IMG/VR virus record: IMGVR_UViG_3300035182_001709
Length of the DNA stretch: 64,000 nt
Origin: a virus
Lineage: Duplodnaviria > Heunggongvirae > Uroviricota > Caudoviricetes
Direction: 5' to 3' (one strand)
Numbering within the stretch: position 1 is the first letter of the stretch; the number at the start of each line of letters is the position of its first letter. The translations under genes and the position numbers were made by a program. The notes under the pieces are model-generated. The model had not been told where the DNA came from, did no database searches, and saw nothing but the letters and a program-made list of their open reading frames with translations. Shown here one piece after another: positions 1 to 10,945 of the stretch.

Positions 1-1221
1 ACCCACCTCGATGACCTTGTGGGTCCCGACCGGCAGCGACTTGAACTCGCTGACATCGTGAGGCGTGTAGTCATGGTTCTCGTGGTCGTCGTCATCGGTA
101 AAGACGACGTTGAGCTCTAGCGATTCGCCCGCAGTCCGCTCCTTCTCGCTGTCGTGAACGTTGGCATTGAGGGCGAGTTGGTCGCTCGTCGGGCTGTGCG
201 GCGCAGTGTCATTGCCTGCCGCGACCACGTTACGATTGAACGTCCACTCCCAGACTCGCCAGGAGTAGTACGCCTGGTAGACGGGATCGTTGCGATAGCG
301 CGCTTCCCGGCGAGTTCCCGTCCGAGTACAGTACTTCGTCGAGCATGATTGCCCGCCGCCGGTGCAGACGGTGTCGCCGCCGGTGCAGGTTGCAGAACCG
401 TTCTTGTTTGAAGTGCAAGACCGCGAGGTCTTAGAACAGGTTCGCGGGATTTGCGTGCACGTCTGCCCACAGGCCTCCTGGTACATATAAGAAACCGTGT
501 CGTAGTGGTCGAGGACGTGGTTGTAGTGGTGGATGCGTTCGCCCTCGTTGTTAACGTTAAGCGCGTCAAGGGGCGGCGACCACCCATCGTGGTGATTGAT
601 CTGGTAGCGCTGGACCTCGACCGTGTCGGTCCATCGCGTGGCGGTGACGACCGAGTAATGCGTCACGGTGTGAAAGATGAGATAGAGAACGAGGCTGATG
701 AAGGCGATCGCACCAGCAACGCCTCCCACAATGCCCCAAAGAACCTTGGACGGCGGATGCCATCCCATGTCTTCCTCGTACATCAGTTGGCTCGCCCGCT
801 TCTTGACGACGGGCTTCGGAGGCCAATCCTGTGACTGCTTGGTCACCCGGCGTTCAAACTCAGAATGATTGCGTCCGCCGAGGACGTCCTGTTCGGCCGC
901 AGAGATCGGCAACTTCGACGCTTCCTCGATCTCCTGGATGACTTTCTCGGAATGAGCGGGTGAACCGCAACGCTGGCAACTGTCGTCCACTTTCCATTGC
1001 GAAGAACCGCAGTACTCGCAGTGCCGGTCCTCGCCGCCCTCGAACTTGTTCAGCAGTTCGGCATCGCGCACGGCGGCCTCGTGAGAGATATCGTCCGGCA
1101 GCCACTCCTCCACGTCAGGAGTTCGAAATTGACCGCAGTTGTAGCAAGCCTTGTAGCGTCCCAGGACGGTGCTACGGCAGGCAGGACACTTCCACAGCAT
1201 TTCTACAATGTCGACGGGCAT
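1..1221 (-). CDS. Partial CDS; its C-terminus lies beyond the window start. The N-terminus has two CxxC zinc-ribbon pairs, followed by one predicted TM helix (VLWGIVGGVAGAIAFISLVLYLIF) and a Cys/Thr-rich region.
   Basis: Manual translation of the minus strand from ATG (cat at 1219-1221) runs to position 1 with no stop. It is absent from the ORF track because there is no in-window stop. Its frame differs from ORFs 117..587 and 860..1105. Confidence 0.5.
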   Translation of the reverse strand, partial: MPVDIVEMLWKCPACRSTVLGRYKACYNCGQFRTPDVEEWLPDDISHEAAVRDAELLNKFEGGEDRHCEYCGSSQWKVDDSCQRCGSPAHSEKVIQEIEEASKLPISAAEQDVLGGRNHSEFERRVTKQSQDWPPKPVVKKRASQLMYEEDMGWHPPSKVLWGIVGGVAGAIAFISLVLYLIFHTVTHYSVVTATRWTDTVEVQRYQINHHDGWSPPLDALNVNNEGERIHHYNHVLDHYDTVSYMYQEACGQTCTQIPRTCSKTSRSCTSNKNGSATCTGGDTVCTGGGQSCSTKYCTRTGTRREARYRNDPVYQAYYSWRVWEWTFNRNVVAAGNDTAPHSPTSDQLALNANVHDSEKERTAGESLELNVVFTDDDDHENHDYTPHDVSEFKSLPVGTHKVIEVG

Positions 1222-1230
1222 GTGATTTCT

Positions 1231-1731
1231 TTAGCGAACGACGGCCAAATAGGCGATGGGCAGCAGGAAGGCGATGTGCAGGAACTGGTCCATCGTGATC
1301 ATCAGGACCAGACCCCGAGGAGTCAGGGCGAAGGCCTTGAGGGCCTCTTCGTTGGTGCGATACCTGGGCGACTCGATGACGCGGTCAGACCAACCCACGG
1401 GAGCCGGCAGGTCCTTACCCACAGAATCGAATTGAGGCGCCTTTCGCAGGAACTTGGCCCACAGTAGTACCGGCACATAGGAGTCGATGACGTAGTGTGA
1501 AGCGAAGAGAATTACCATCGACCACTCGAAGGCCCCGTCTGGGAAGCTCGCCCACCAGAACAACGGAACGAACACCAGGGCATACTTGAGACAGTGCCAG
1601 GCGCGGACTAGCCTGTCATTGGACTTTTGCATTTCCTCTTTGTGCGACTGGAAGACCCAATCTGCGAGGAAATGCCAGAAGACGAGGACTGCAAAGACGC
1701 CGCCGACTTTCGCGAACATGTTCAAGGCCAT
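1231..1731 (-). CDS. Integral membrane protein (DUF3307-like; 'FLADWVFQSHKEE' motif); start probably at the internal Met (MALNMF)
   Basis: ORF 1231..1770, hydrophobic segments, TAA stop 9 nt before next gene ATG. Confidence 0.5.
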   Translation of the reverse strand: MALNMFAKVGGVFAVLVFWHFLADWVFQSHKEEMQKSNDRLVRAWHCLKYALVFVPLFWWASFPDGAFEWSMVILFASHYVIDSYVPVLLWAKFLRKAPQFDSVGKDLPAPVGWSDRVIESPRYRTNEEALKAFALTPRGLVLMITMDQFLHIAFLLPIAYLAVVR

Positions 1732-1960
1732 TACTCGTTGTCGTACTCGCAGTACGTGTTCTTGTCCCAATCCCAGTGACGGTCATCGTAGACCGACACG
1801 CCAAAATAGAGTGGACCCAGCTCCACATGGAATCTCAGACCTGGATGGTCGCCCTTCGTGGTGAATGAGAACCTGACCGAAAAGTCGGTCTCATTGTCGC
1901 GGGCGGCGTCGACCTCCACGTGTTTGTGGCGAGTGAACGGAACGTCGAATGCAATGGACT

Positions 1961-3319
1961 TCACTGGGCCATCTCCTTGGCGAGGTACGCCTCGCCCGCG
2001 GCTATCACCTTAGGATCCACGTCGCCGGGCGACCGAACGCGAATGTAGACTGGAAAGCGAACCTTGCCGTCGACAGTGAGCCCGTCCTTCGTCAGTGGGT
2101 CAGGTTGGCCTTCTACCTCAACGATCTTGCCCAACCAAGAGTCAGCCATCTCAAGCATGATCTCGGCACGCAGCTTGTCAGAGAAGCCCCCGCCCACGCG
2201 AGTGACCACGCCGTTGGGCAGCACCACGTTGAAGCCACCGAAAAGTCCCTCGCGTTTGGTACCGCGGCGACCCTCGTACCAGCCCACTACGACGCCCTCG
2301 AAGGTCGTCACGGGCTTCAGCTTCAGGATGTTCCGCGAGCGGTCCCACTCGTAGGTGGAATCGAGCGTCTTCAGCATGACACCCTCGTACCCCTCATTCA
2401 TGCACTTGGCGAAGAAGGCCTTGAGCTCAGCCTCGTCCTTGGCCATGATGTGGGGCACCTGGCGCACACAGCCGGTGTTGACCATTTCGACCACGGTGGC
2501 GACCAGCTCGCAGCGGTCTGAATAGATGACCGTCGTCTCTTGGTCGATCCAATCGTCGACTGCCATCGCGTCGAAGACGTTGTAGAATATGTTGCTGTCG
2601 TCCTTCTTGTTCTTGGACGACATCAGGACACTACTGGACTCGTTCCAGTCCTCGCCCATCGCCTCGCCGTCGAGGACGACGTTGTCGTATTCTGCGGCTT
2701 CCAACGCGGCCTTGATTCGCGGCAGGGTCTCGAGCTCGGTGCCATTGCGGGTGAAGAACGTGACCCTGCCGTCCTTCTTCACCGCGATGCAACGCAGACC
2801 GTCAAGCTTGGGCTCCACGCGTACGGGATATGCGATCTTCTCGAGGATCTTGATGCCCTCGCCTTTGACGAAGGTGCTCTTCACCGAAGACGCCAGGGCA
2901 ACGGCGAAGCTCTTGATGGTGCCAGGCCAGATCTTGTTGACCGTCGACTCCTGGACGCCGCAGCGCAGGTTCTTCAAGAGGATTCGAAGGCACCACTTCT
3001 GCTGGCGAGCGTCCATCAGCTGAAACGCCGCTGAGACCGTGAACTTGGCCTCGTTACCCGTCAACTTCCGCGACGATAGGTCGGGAAGGAGGACGTCGAG
3101 AAACGCCGTCAGCGTCTTGTCGTCGCCCACGGGGGCACTCGCCTGTGCCTGAGGCATCTTGAACTTGTTGACGTAGTAAACCATGTACGGGTCCTGGGCC
3201 GCTGCGAAGACGCGGCGGAGCAGCTCGTTGTCGCAGTTGCGCTTGAGGATGTCGCGCTTCGCGTTTGAACCCGCGGTGGTCTCGAGACTCTCCAGGATGT
3301 CGATGACGGTATCGCTCAT
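1961..3319 (-). CDS. ATP-dependent DNA ligase
   Basis: 452-aa ORF; adenylation motif I KxDG ('EPKLDGLRCIAVKKDG'); ligase-like OB/NTase architecture; TGA stop. Confidence 0.85.
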   Translation of the reverse strand: MSDTVIDILESLETTAGSNAKRDILKRNCDNELLRRVFAAAQDPYMVYYVNKFKMPQAQASAPVGDDKTLTAFLDVLLPDLSSRKLTGNEAKFTVSAAFQLMDARQQKWCLRILLKNLRCGVQESTVNKIWPGTIKSFAVALASSVKSTFVKGEGIKILEKIAYPVRVEPKLDGLRCIAVKKDGRVTFFTRNGTELETLPRIKAALEAAEYDNVVLDGEAMGEDWNESSSVLMSSKNKKDDSNIFYNVFDAMAVDDWIDQETTVIYSDRCELVATVVEMVNTGCVRQVPHIMAKDEAELKAFFAKCMNEGYEGVMLKTLDSTYEWDRSRNILKLKPVTTFEGVVVGWYEGRRGTKREGLFGGFNVVLPNGVVTRVGGGFSDKLRAEIMLEMADSWLGKIVEVEGQPDPLTKDGLTVDGKVRFPVYIRVRSPGDVDPKVIAAGEAYLAKEMAQ

Positions 3320-3363
3320 GGCTCTAGTTTACCCCAACGTGAGGAGGGAATACACTGACACTG

Positions 3364-3588
3364 TCAGACGGCAATGAAAAAGGTCGCTTTTTCGATTGCG
3401 AACTCAATATCAGTCAGGAACTCCACGATGACGACCCGCGAGCAGCATGTCACCTTCACCGGGCGTCCTTCGGGTTTCAGGCGCAAAAACGTGCTGGCGG
3501 TGCCGCCATTCTTCTGGGCATCATCCTGGAGGAATGCGATCCACTGAATGAGCCCGTCCTCGCTTACGAGAGGCTCTTCGAGTTCCAT
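3364..3588 (-). CDS. hypothetical protein (74 aa)
   Basis: ORF with protein-like composition, co-oriented with neighbours. Confidence 0.4.
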   Translation of the reverse strand: MELEEPLVSEDGLIQWIAFLQDDAQKNGGTASTFLRLKPEGRPVKVTCCSRVVIVEFLTDIEFAIEKATFFIAV

Positions 3589-3731
3589 TGCGACTTCTCA
3601 GCCGAGATCGGCCTCGGCCTGAAACTCGCGCTTGTGATTTCGAGCACCCCCGCGAGGTGCGCGGCGATCCTTCATCGGACCACCCTTACAGTTGAGGATC
3701 ATGCCGAGCGTGACGAGCTCACGCGGCTCCT

Positions 3732-4025
3732 TCATCTTGTGCTTGCGAATCTTGCTTGCCATGATGGGTCGATCCTACCAGGTTCGGAGTGATAAATACA
3801 CTCACGAATCTTCGATTTGGACCCGAACGTCTCATAGAGAGCTTTTTCGGGCTTGGCGGGCTCGAACTTCGTCATGTGCCAACAACGATACCCTCGCGGG
3901 CCTCCGCACGAGTGGTACGTGCCGAGGTACTTCGAATCCCGCGAGAGCACGTCCTTCTTCGACATCCTCACGATGTCGATGACGGTGTGGTTGCCACAGT
4001 TAGGACAGACCCGCGACCATATCAC
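3732..4025 (-). CDS. small zinc-ribbon protein (CPNC ... C-x7-C), probable GTG start
   Basis: C-terminal 97 aa of ORF 3732..4319 is protein-like; the N-terminal part of that ORF is an S/T/R-rich out-of-frame overlap with the 4072..4308 gene. Confidence 0.4.
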   Translation of the reverse strand: MIWSRVCPNCGNHTVIDIVRMSKKDVLSRDSKYLGTYHSCGGPRGYRCWHMTKFEPAKPEKALYETFGSKSKIRECIYHSEPGRIDPSWQARFASTR

Positions 4026-4071
4026 CTGGTCATAGCGGGCCTTGTCGAGTCGATTCGCCGCTTGGAGGACA

Positions 4072-4308
4072 TCAGGCACCGCCCTTGGGCTCGAAGAGCT
4101 TCCGCAGCGACTCGTAGAGTGCCCACGAGTTCTCAACATCGAGGCGCGCAGCCATCGACTCGCCTTCAACGTTGACCATGGTGATGTCGATCGCCCAAAC
4201 ACGCGTGTCCACGTGGATCTGCAGGTCGACGTCGCCGGACTCAGCTTCGAAAACCGTCTTCCACTTGTCGTAATACAGGTTGAAGTCGATGACGTTGTCT
4301 CGCGACAT
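4072..4308 (-). CDS. hypothetical protein (78 aa)
   Basis: ORF, balanced composition. Confidence 0.5.
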   Translation of the reverse strand: MSRDNVIDFNLYYDKWKTVFEAESGDVDLQIHVDTRVWAIDITMVNVEGESMAARLDVENSWALYESLRKLFEPKGGA

Positions 4309-4312
4309 GGTT

Positions 4313-4495
4313 TCACCAACCTAGGATCTTCGCCGCGACGATGGCGTGGTGCGCCTCGTAGGAGCGAAAGCCACTGTCGACCAGAAGTTGATGGACACGG
4401 GCCTCTTCGAGACCGAATTCAAGGCAGGCACGAGCACGCAGGATGGCGCCTTCGAGGCGGCCACTGCTGTTGTGCTTCAGGCTCACCGTGAACAT
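4313..4495 (-). CDS. hypothetical small helical protein (60 aa)
   Basis: ORF immediately downstream of 4549..4959. Confidence 0.4.
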   Translation of the reverse strand: MFTVSLKHNSSGRLEGAILRARACLEFGLEEARVHQLLVDSGFRSYEAHHAIVAAKILGW

Positions 4496-4548
4496 AGTCT
4501 TAGTGTATCACAGCGCGAGCTGAAGATACACTGCTCGCGGGCAATTTC

Positions 4549-4959
4549 TCATGGGAGTTGCAGGGTGCAACGAACCTTTTGCGCAAGGCTCGGGAGCTCG
4601 TCAGCCAACTCTTCATAGACAGGCCACGTTCGCTGGACCATCCGGTGACAGGTGTAGTATGACATGCGCCCCAAGGTCTCGATGGTCTCACGGTGTTCAG
4701 CGATGGCACCTGGCATGATTGTCGCGGTCCAGAGGACCCAGTCGCCGATTCGTTGAAAGTGCTCGAAGTTCCCGTGATCACGGGCATTGGCAAAGGCCAC
4801 CACGATCGAGCGATCGCTCAGATCACCATCTGCACGCTTAAAGCTGCTCAACACGCTGACCACATAGGCCCTGGCATCAGGACTGCAGTTGACCGCCTCG
4901 AGGCGCTCAGCGAACCAGTCATCGAGCCTGACCACGATCTGCACCGTCCCCATCAACAA
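4549..4959 (-). CDS. hypothetical protein (136 aa)
   Basis: ORF. Confidence 0.5.
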   Translation of the reverse strand: MLMGTVQIVVRLDDWFAERLEAVNCSPDARAYVVSVLSSFKRADGDLSDRSIVVAFANARDHGNFEHFQRIGDWVLWTATIMPGAIAEHRETIETLGRMSYYTCHRMVQRTWPVYEELADELPSLAQKVRCTLQLP

Positions 4960-4973
4960 TATGTATGCCCTCG

Positions 4974-5330
4974 TCAGTCACCGTAAACCTTGCTCAGGTA
5001 AGAACGCAGTTGGTCAGCGGCGCGCTCTCCCGAGGTCACAATTTCACGGAGGCGCTCGTCGTCAATCCCGAGGTGATTGATCCGATCGACCAGCCGTTGG
5101 ATCTCATAGGCACCCTGCAGTGCACCGAGCGAGTGGGCTCGCTTAGCGTATTCCTGCGCGGCCCTGATGACGGGTTGGGCCTCGAGCGACTTGGGCTCGG
5201 ATTGTTGCAGGGTCGCGGAAACACCACGCCCTCGCTTTCGATTGCGGCCATTCGTCGGCGCCGCCTTTGCCGTGCCCGGCATCTCGATCATCACGCGTCG
5301 AGGCCGTTGGCAGTTCGCCGGTTCACTCAT
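4974..5330 (-). CDS. hypothetical protein (118 aa)
   Basis: ORF; overlaps upstream gene by 8 nt. Confidence 0.45.
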   Translation of the reverse strand: MSEPANCQRPRRVMIEMPGTAKAAPTNGRNRKRGRGVSATLQQSEPKSLEAQPVIRAAQEYAKRAHSLGALQGAYEIQRLVDRINHLGIDDERLREIVTSGERAADQLRSYLSKVYGD

Positions 5331-5751
5331 TTGCGTTGCCTTGTTGGTGGCCTTCCTTCTTTTTTCTCGCCTTTTTCGTGGGACCTTTCAGGGCCCCAGA
5401 CTGGACCGCGAGCAGACCGTCGATCTGACCTGGCTCAGTCAAGACGACGACCTCGCCATGTTGAGCGTCTTCGGCGTCTACGTCGATGACTTCACCCGTC
5501 GATTCCTTGATGACCTTGGGCGCCTCGAGGACAACGACGCCCTCCGGGGGCGAGCTGACACGAACGACGACGACTTTTTCGAAGTCTTCGCGTTCTGGCG
5601 GCGCGACGCCCATGCGTTCACACCGGGCAAGGAGCCCTTCGTATGTGGTGATGCCGAACTCATTGAGGTACGACCGGAGCGCCGTCTTGCGGCGGCGCAG
5701 CAGATCAGTCAACCTTAGGCGCGGCAAGTTCTTAACGTGAATCCTGCTCAT
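5323..5751 (-). CDS. hypothetical protein (142 aa), acidic C-terminal half
   Basis: ORF. Confidence 0.45.
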   Translation of the reverse strand: MSRIHVKNLPRLRLTDLLRRRKTALRSYLNEFGITTYEGLLARCERMGVAPPEREDFEKVVVVRVSSPPEGVVVLEAPKVIKESTGEVIDVDAEDAQHGEVVVLTEPGQIDGLLAVQSGALKGPTKKARKKKEGHQQGNANE

Positions 5752-5794
5752 CCTGTCTCCGGTTAGGTGCCGCGGGGCGCGGCCGTAGTACTAA

Positions 5795-6109
5795 CTATGG
5801 CTCCGACCGCACGCGGATCACGCGACGGCGAGCTTCGATGGCATGGAGCACTTCAGCGACACCCTGCTGGAAATCGGGCGACTTGGCGATCTCGTCAATG
5901 CGCTTCTCGGTCAGCTCGAGACCGTAGCGCTCTGAGAGCGCACCCGCAAACTTCCGCATGACGCGGAGGACATAGTTACGGGCCGAGGAGTGGTTCATAG
6001 AGAACCCGAGTTCTGTCATGATATCCGCGATCTCGCGGTAGTTGACGCCCTCGTCCTCCGCCACAGTGGAATACCCACGCTCGACCTTGGTGCCCTTCTT
6101 CAGTGCCAT
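5795..6109 (-). CDS. small helix-turn-helix DNA-binding protein (sigma region-4-like 'YREIADIMTELGFSMNHSSARNYVLRVMRK')
   Basis: ORF 5795..6157, likely start at internal MALKKG; lies next to the sigma factor gene. Confidence 0.45.
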   Translation of the reverse strand: MALKKGTKVERGYSTVAEDEGVNYREIADIMTELGFSMNHSSARNYVLRVMRKFAGALSERYGLELTEKRIDEIAKSPDFQQGVAEVLHAIEARRRVIRVRSEP

Positions 6110-6153
6110 GCCTTTTCCTCTTCCTCTGTTGTACCACCATTGCGGGTGGAGCT

Positions 6154-6441
6154 TCACTCGTCGCCAGCCGGAGTGCGACCGACGATTCCCGGACGTCCGC
6201 GCGTCGGAGTCAACCGTCCTGCGGGTGAGCGCATGCGATCGATAGGCACGCCGAACTGCTGCTGCCTGAATGCGTTGAGGCGCTTCTCGAGGTCGGTCTC
6301 TTCCTCTGGCGTCTCCTCACGGGCAAACAAACGCTTACGAATGTTGACCTCGGTGATGACCTTATAAGCGTGCGCACAGGCGACAATCAGGCAAGCCAGG
6401 CCGATTCCAACGCACATCAGGAAGACGCCGATCTCAATCAT
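6154..6441 (-). CDS. small membrane protein (one TM helix), probable start MIEIGVF
   Basis: ORF 6154..6537 hydrophobic core; a second ~45-aa TM micro-ORF follows at ~6450-6580. Confidence 0.4.
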   Translation of the reverse strand: MIEIGVFLMCVGIGLACLIVACAHAYKVITEVNIRKRLFAREETPEEETDLEKRLNAFRQQQFGVPIDRMRSPAGRLTPTRGRPGIVGRTPAGDE

Positions 6442-6578
6442 CGTCTTTTTCTCTTCTTCGTAGTGACTCAGCCTGAGTGATTGTTCTGAGCACAAGAAGC
6501 AGGACGAGGGCGATGAGGCCGCCGATGAATACGCCACCTAGTGAGGCAAAAACATCGACGACTCCACCGCCCATGCCA

Positions 6579-7381
<803 letters not shown>

Positions 7382-7382
<1 letters not shown>

Positions 7383-7768
7383 CAGCGGTACACCATCACG
7401 AACTTGAGGTTGTCGAAGTCGGCCGCGGGCAGATCGCGCTCTTCTTCGGCAAAGAGGCGTGCCTGCTCCCTGATGAAGGCCTCGTGCGCCTCGCGACGAC
7501 CACGCCGGAGCTGAATCTCACGGCGAATATAGGCGATCTCTTCCTCCCATGGACGGGCATCGAGCCGCGATTCCACGACCTTGACCCGGTCGGCCTCGAG
7601 GGCATTGAGACGTCCATAGACGTCCTCGTCCATCATCCCCGCGAGGATGTCCATGTTGATGACCTCTGGCACCGCGACCGGGTACCGAGGACGCTGCGGC
7701 TCAACGTAGTGGTTGTGAAACGTTTCATGCTGCGACTGCCGCTGAGATGACTTCTTGTTCTTCGACAC
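7382..7768 (-). CDS. hypothetical protein (128 aa), GTG start with GGAGGT Shine-Dalgarno
   Basis: ORF; SD 7 nt upstream of GTG. Confidence 0.5.
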
Positions 7769-7845
7769 CGTGTACCTCCGATTGACTCAACCTTTACAAC
7801 TGCGTGTGTTGATTCTATGCTACAGGCGTGGCTTATACACCACTT

Positions 7846-8235
7846 CTACTTCGCGCGTTTCTTAACAGGCCTAATTGCGTTGGCATCTTGGACGATCACG
7901 GGTAGACACTCGTCATAGACGATGCAGATGCCGGTGTGCGTCTTGGAGCCCACCTTGACAATCACGTCGACGACGTTGATGTCGCGCTCGTCCTCGTGAT
8001 GCTCTTGGTTCTTGGTGATGCGAATGACCTCGAGCAGCTTGCGACGCTCGGCGCCAAACTCCACCGTAAACTCCTGTCCTTCCTTGATGGTGATGTCGAG
8101 AGGCAGCTGGACTGTGTGTGGTTGAGGCTGCTTGGCGAGCGCGGCCTCGTAGTTGTCGCGGTACTGATTGGCCCACGAGGCGGGCCAGATCATGAGCCGC
8201 ACGTTGCTCAGAGCCTTGAAGGTCCCAGCCTGCAT
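7846..8235 (-). CDS. hypothetical protein (129 aa)
   Basis: ORF. Confidence 0.45.
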   Translation of the reverse strand: MQAGTFKALSNVRLMIWPASWANQYRDNYEAALAKQPQPHTVQLPLDITIKEGQEFTVEFGAERRKLLEVIRITKNQEHHEDERDINVVDVIVKVGSKTHTGICIVYDECLPVIVQDANAIRPVKKRAK

Positions 8236-8459
8236 CAGGGCACCTTGATACGGTACGTTCGACTGAGATCTGACAGGGCACGGACGAAGGCCAAGGCCCG
8301 GGCCATCTGCCCCTGCGAGTCACCACGAACCACGGAGGTCGCCAACTTGTCTGCCAGGCCCAAGGCCTCGAGCATCGCCGCCTGTGCCTCGTCATTGAGA
8401 GGCTGCTTAGGTCCAGGTTTGCCGACGGTTCCACGGACCTCAGCGATCGTCTTCGCCAT
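8235..8459 (-). CDS. hypothetical protein (74 aa)
   Basis: ORF; partial GTGAAAGGACAC-TGAAC element directly before ATG. Confidence 0.45.
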   Translation of the reverse strand: MAKTIAEVRGTVGKPGPKQPLNDEAQAAMLEALGLADKLATSVVRGDSQGQMARALAFVRALSDLSRTYRIKVP

Positions 8460-8623
8460 GTTCAGTGTCCTTTCACTTGGTAGACGCGCTCGGTGCCGCC
8501 GCAGGCGCTGAATACCAAGACGGTTGTCGCCAAGATGACCGCAAACGGGCCGGGCCCGTCATCGTAGTATGACATGTTGTTGACCTTCAGTCTACCATCC
8601 AGTGATGGTGGTTTGCACTTCCA

Positions 8624-8866
8624 TCACTTGTCGAAGATTTCCTTGAAGGTGCGCAGGATGTGACCTGCGTGGCGACCGCGCCAAGTGATGCTAGCACTGT
8701 CAATTGCATTGATCGGAATCTCCTGGACTTCCTGGAGGCGCTGCAGTTCCTTGCCACTGGCCTCGACAGAGACGAGCTTGCCGTTGAGCGTGGGCCATGA
8801 TTGTCCCGCCGTGTAGGTCTGAACAATGTCCTGCCTGTTGATGTTGACGATAATCCTCAACATCAT
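8624..8866 (-). CDS. hypothetical protein (80 aa)
   Basis: ORF. Confidence 0.4.
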   Translation of the reverse strand: MMLRIIVNINRQDIVQTYTAGQSWPTLNGKLVSVEASGKELQRLQEVQEIPINAIDSASITWRGRHAGHILRTFKEIFDK

Positions 8867-8940
8867 TCCCTCGTCTCACCACAGGTCATTGCACTATAAC
8901 CTCTAAGCGAGGGTCTGTACAACATTGGTAAAATCTGTGC

Positions 8941-9357
8941 TTAAATCGCAAAGCGAATGACCTGCTTGATCTCGGTCTTCTTGTCGTGGTACGCCGCGAA
9001 CTCGCCGGTGCGGTCCTTGACGATGGAGTAGCGACCATCGGGCATCAACTCCCAGATGAAATCGACATTACGTTCCAGGCCCGCGGGCGAGGGCATGATC
9101 AGCCAGGGCAAGCGCTCGAGGCGAGCGATCCTTGTCAGGTGGAGGCGTCCGTCGGTGTCAACGCCGAGCCACGAAAATGGCAGCGACAATGCATTGAAAT
9201 CGTTCACGCACTTGCGGACCATGCTGCGCGTCTTCGACCTGCGTTCTTCGCTGCGATTTTCGCCCATCATGTGAACGATGGCCTTGATCTGCCGGACCAA
9301 GGCCATCGTTTCCCGGTTCCTGTTCGTTGACCAGGCCCGCTCACGTTCAAGCTGCAT
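8941..9357 (-). CDS. hypothetical protein, probable start at internal MQLERERA
   Basis: ORF 8941..9453 trimmed to avoid overlap with 9389..9985. Confidence 0.4.
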   Translation of the reverse strand: MQLERERAWSTNRNRETMALVRQIKAIVHMMGENRSEERRSKTRSMVRKCVNDFNALSLPFSWLGVDTDGRLHLTRIARLERLPWLIMPSPAGLERNVDFIWELMPDGRYSIVKDRTGEFAAYHDKKTEIKQVIRFAI

Positions 9358-9388
9358 GGTCTTTTTTACCACGCAACTCAACGGTTTT

Positions 9389-9985
9389 TCACTGGCAATC
9401 GGCGGGCTTCCACGCGCGGATCGCGGTGACTGCGTCAGCCTGTGAAATCGCACCCGACTTCAGGCCCGTGTAGACTTTGTCCTCCACCACATCCTTCTTG
9501 TTGGCATCCGAGAGTGGCTGGGGCCACAGGTTGGTGACGTCGTTGGCGCCGCCGGCGGCCAACGGGATGTAATGGTCGAACTCGTACTTCGAGTAGTCGG
9601 CCTCTGCGATGCCGTAGGCCTTGGCGACGGTGTCCTTCATCTTCTTGGTGATGTGGCGCTGACAGTAGGCGATCTTGCCCGGGTAGCGCAGCTCCTTAAA
9701 GTCAGGATCGTCCTTAGTGCACAGCTTGCCCGGCGTCAACGCAGGATCGGGCAACCGCCGCTTCCCATCTGAGGTAAGACACGGCGTTGCCACTGAGACC
9801 TCGACCGATGAGTCGACCCCTGCGTCCACAGAGGCCTCGACGTCTGCACCGGCGCCAGAAGCGGAAGTAGATGCAGACGCGGAAGAAGTCACTCCAGTCT
9901 CGTAATCGCTGGACGGCAGTGTCGATGACTGGCACGCAACGAACGAGAACACGACTGCAACGGTGAGAATCGATTTCTTTAGCAT
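9389..9985 (-). CDS. lipoprotein with C-terminal HNH (His-Me finger) nuclease domain
   Basis: Signal peptide plus lipobox 'VVFSFVAC'; HNH motif 'EFDHYIPLAAGGANDVTNLWPQP'. Confidence 0.55.
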   Translation of the reverse strand: MLKKSILTVAVVFSFVACQSSTLPSSDYETGVTSSASASTSASGAGADVEASVDAGVDSSVEVSVATPCLTSDGKRRLPDPALTPGKLCTKDDPDFKELRYPGKIAYCQRHITKKMKDTVAKAYGIAEADYSKYEFDHYIPLAAGGANDVTNLWPQPLSDANKKDVVEDKVYTGLKSGAISQADAVTAIRAWKPADCQ

Positions 9986-10249
9986 GCGCCCATCATACTA
10001 CGGAGACGGGCTGGTGTTCACTGGCTGGTCGACTGTCTTTTGTGAACAATATTCTTGCCGCAAAAGTCTTAGTTTGAGAGTGACAATTCTGAACGTACGT
10101 GTGATGTCGTGAATCCACAAGCACACTTGATAGAACAGAATCTACCCGATCCATACGACCCATCATGGGGATTCTGACACTTTTCACACAAACTCATGTT
10201 TTACGTGTTCGAACTTAGTTCGAAACACAACTCAGTTCAAGCGGTTTGG

Positions 10250-10321
10250 ATCAGGGAGTGGGATTCGAACCCACATTTTTTCCGTTCAAAGCGGAAGGTC
10301 CTGCCGTTAGACGACCCCTGA
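10250..10321 (-). tRNA. tRNA-Gln (anticodon UUG)
   Basis: T-loop GGTTCGAATCC on minus strand; cloverleaf folded by eye; anticodon loop CUUUGAA. Confidence 0.7.
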
Positions 10322-10413
10322 ATGATTCATGCTGCCTTGTCCTGCCTGGTATAGACGATCGATCAACGTGGCTGTAACCTACGTTCCAATTGTCCCGAAT
10401 ATTCTCGGGATGG

Positions 10414-10485
10414 CTGGGAGAGGTGGATTCGAACCACCGTGAGCAGAGTCAAAGTCTGCCATCCTTGCCGCTGAATGATCTCCCA
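10414..10485 (-). tRNA. tRNA-Gln (UUG), second copy
   Basis: cloverleaf; anticodon loop CUUUGAC. Confidence 0.65.
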
Positions 10486-10498
10486 ATGTTTACATTTA

Positions 10499-10574
10499 TG
10501 GCTGCCCGCCCAGGATTCGAACCTGGATTTTCTACGTTCAGAGCGTAGGGTCCTCCCATTTAGACGACCGGACA
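10499..10574 (-). tRNA. tRNA-Gln (CUG), CCA encoded
   Basis: anticodon loop CUCUGAA; one mismatch in acceptor stem. Confidence 0.6.
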
Positions 10575-10681
10575 ATAAGCGTCACCGTGGTCTGGATCGA
10601 ACAGACGTTGCGATAGCAGCCGCATTCGCTTTCGCGTGGTAAGATTCTGTGAACCTCACAACTTTCCTCAAACACGGTGAC

Positions 10682-10758
10682 TGGCAGGGGTGCTCGGATT
10701 CGAACCGAGACGAGCCGTTTTGGAGGCGGCCATGCTAGCCGTTGAACATCACACCCCT
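10682..10758 (-). tRNA. tRNA-Trp (CCA) probable; CCA encoded
   Basis: loop CUCCAAA with C31-A39 mismatch (alternative is a 9-nt loop). Confidence 0.5.
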
Positions 10759-10779
10759 GTGAACTGAGAAGACGTATCT

Positions 10780-10854
10780 TGGCACCGGCGAGGGGGATTC
10801 GAACCCCGTTTCCGGGTAGACAGCGCGGCGTCCTAGCCACTGAACGACGCCGGC
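10780..10854 (-). tRNA. tRNA, anticodon GUC read (Asp?), atypical loop CUGUCUA (U37)
   Basis: cloverleaf with 4/5 anticodon stem; CCA encoded. Confidence 0.45.
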
Positions 10855-10871
10855 ATGATGAATGAAGAACT

Positions 10872-10945
10872 TGGCGGAGACGACGGGATTCGAACCCGCG
10901 TACATTCCCTAGACAGGGGAGTGGCCTCCAGTGGCCCACGCCTCC
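10872..10945 (-). tRNA. tRNA, anticodon GUC read (Asp?), same atypical loop CUGUCUA
   Basis: cloverleaf; short D-loop. Confidence 0.45.
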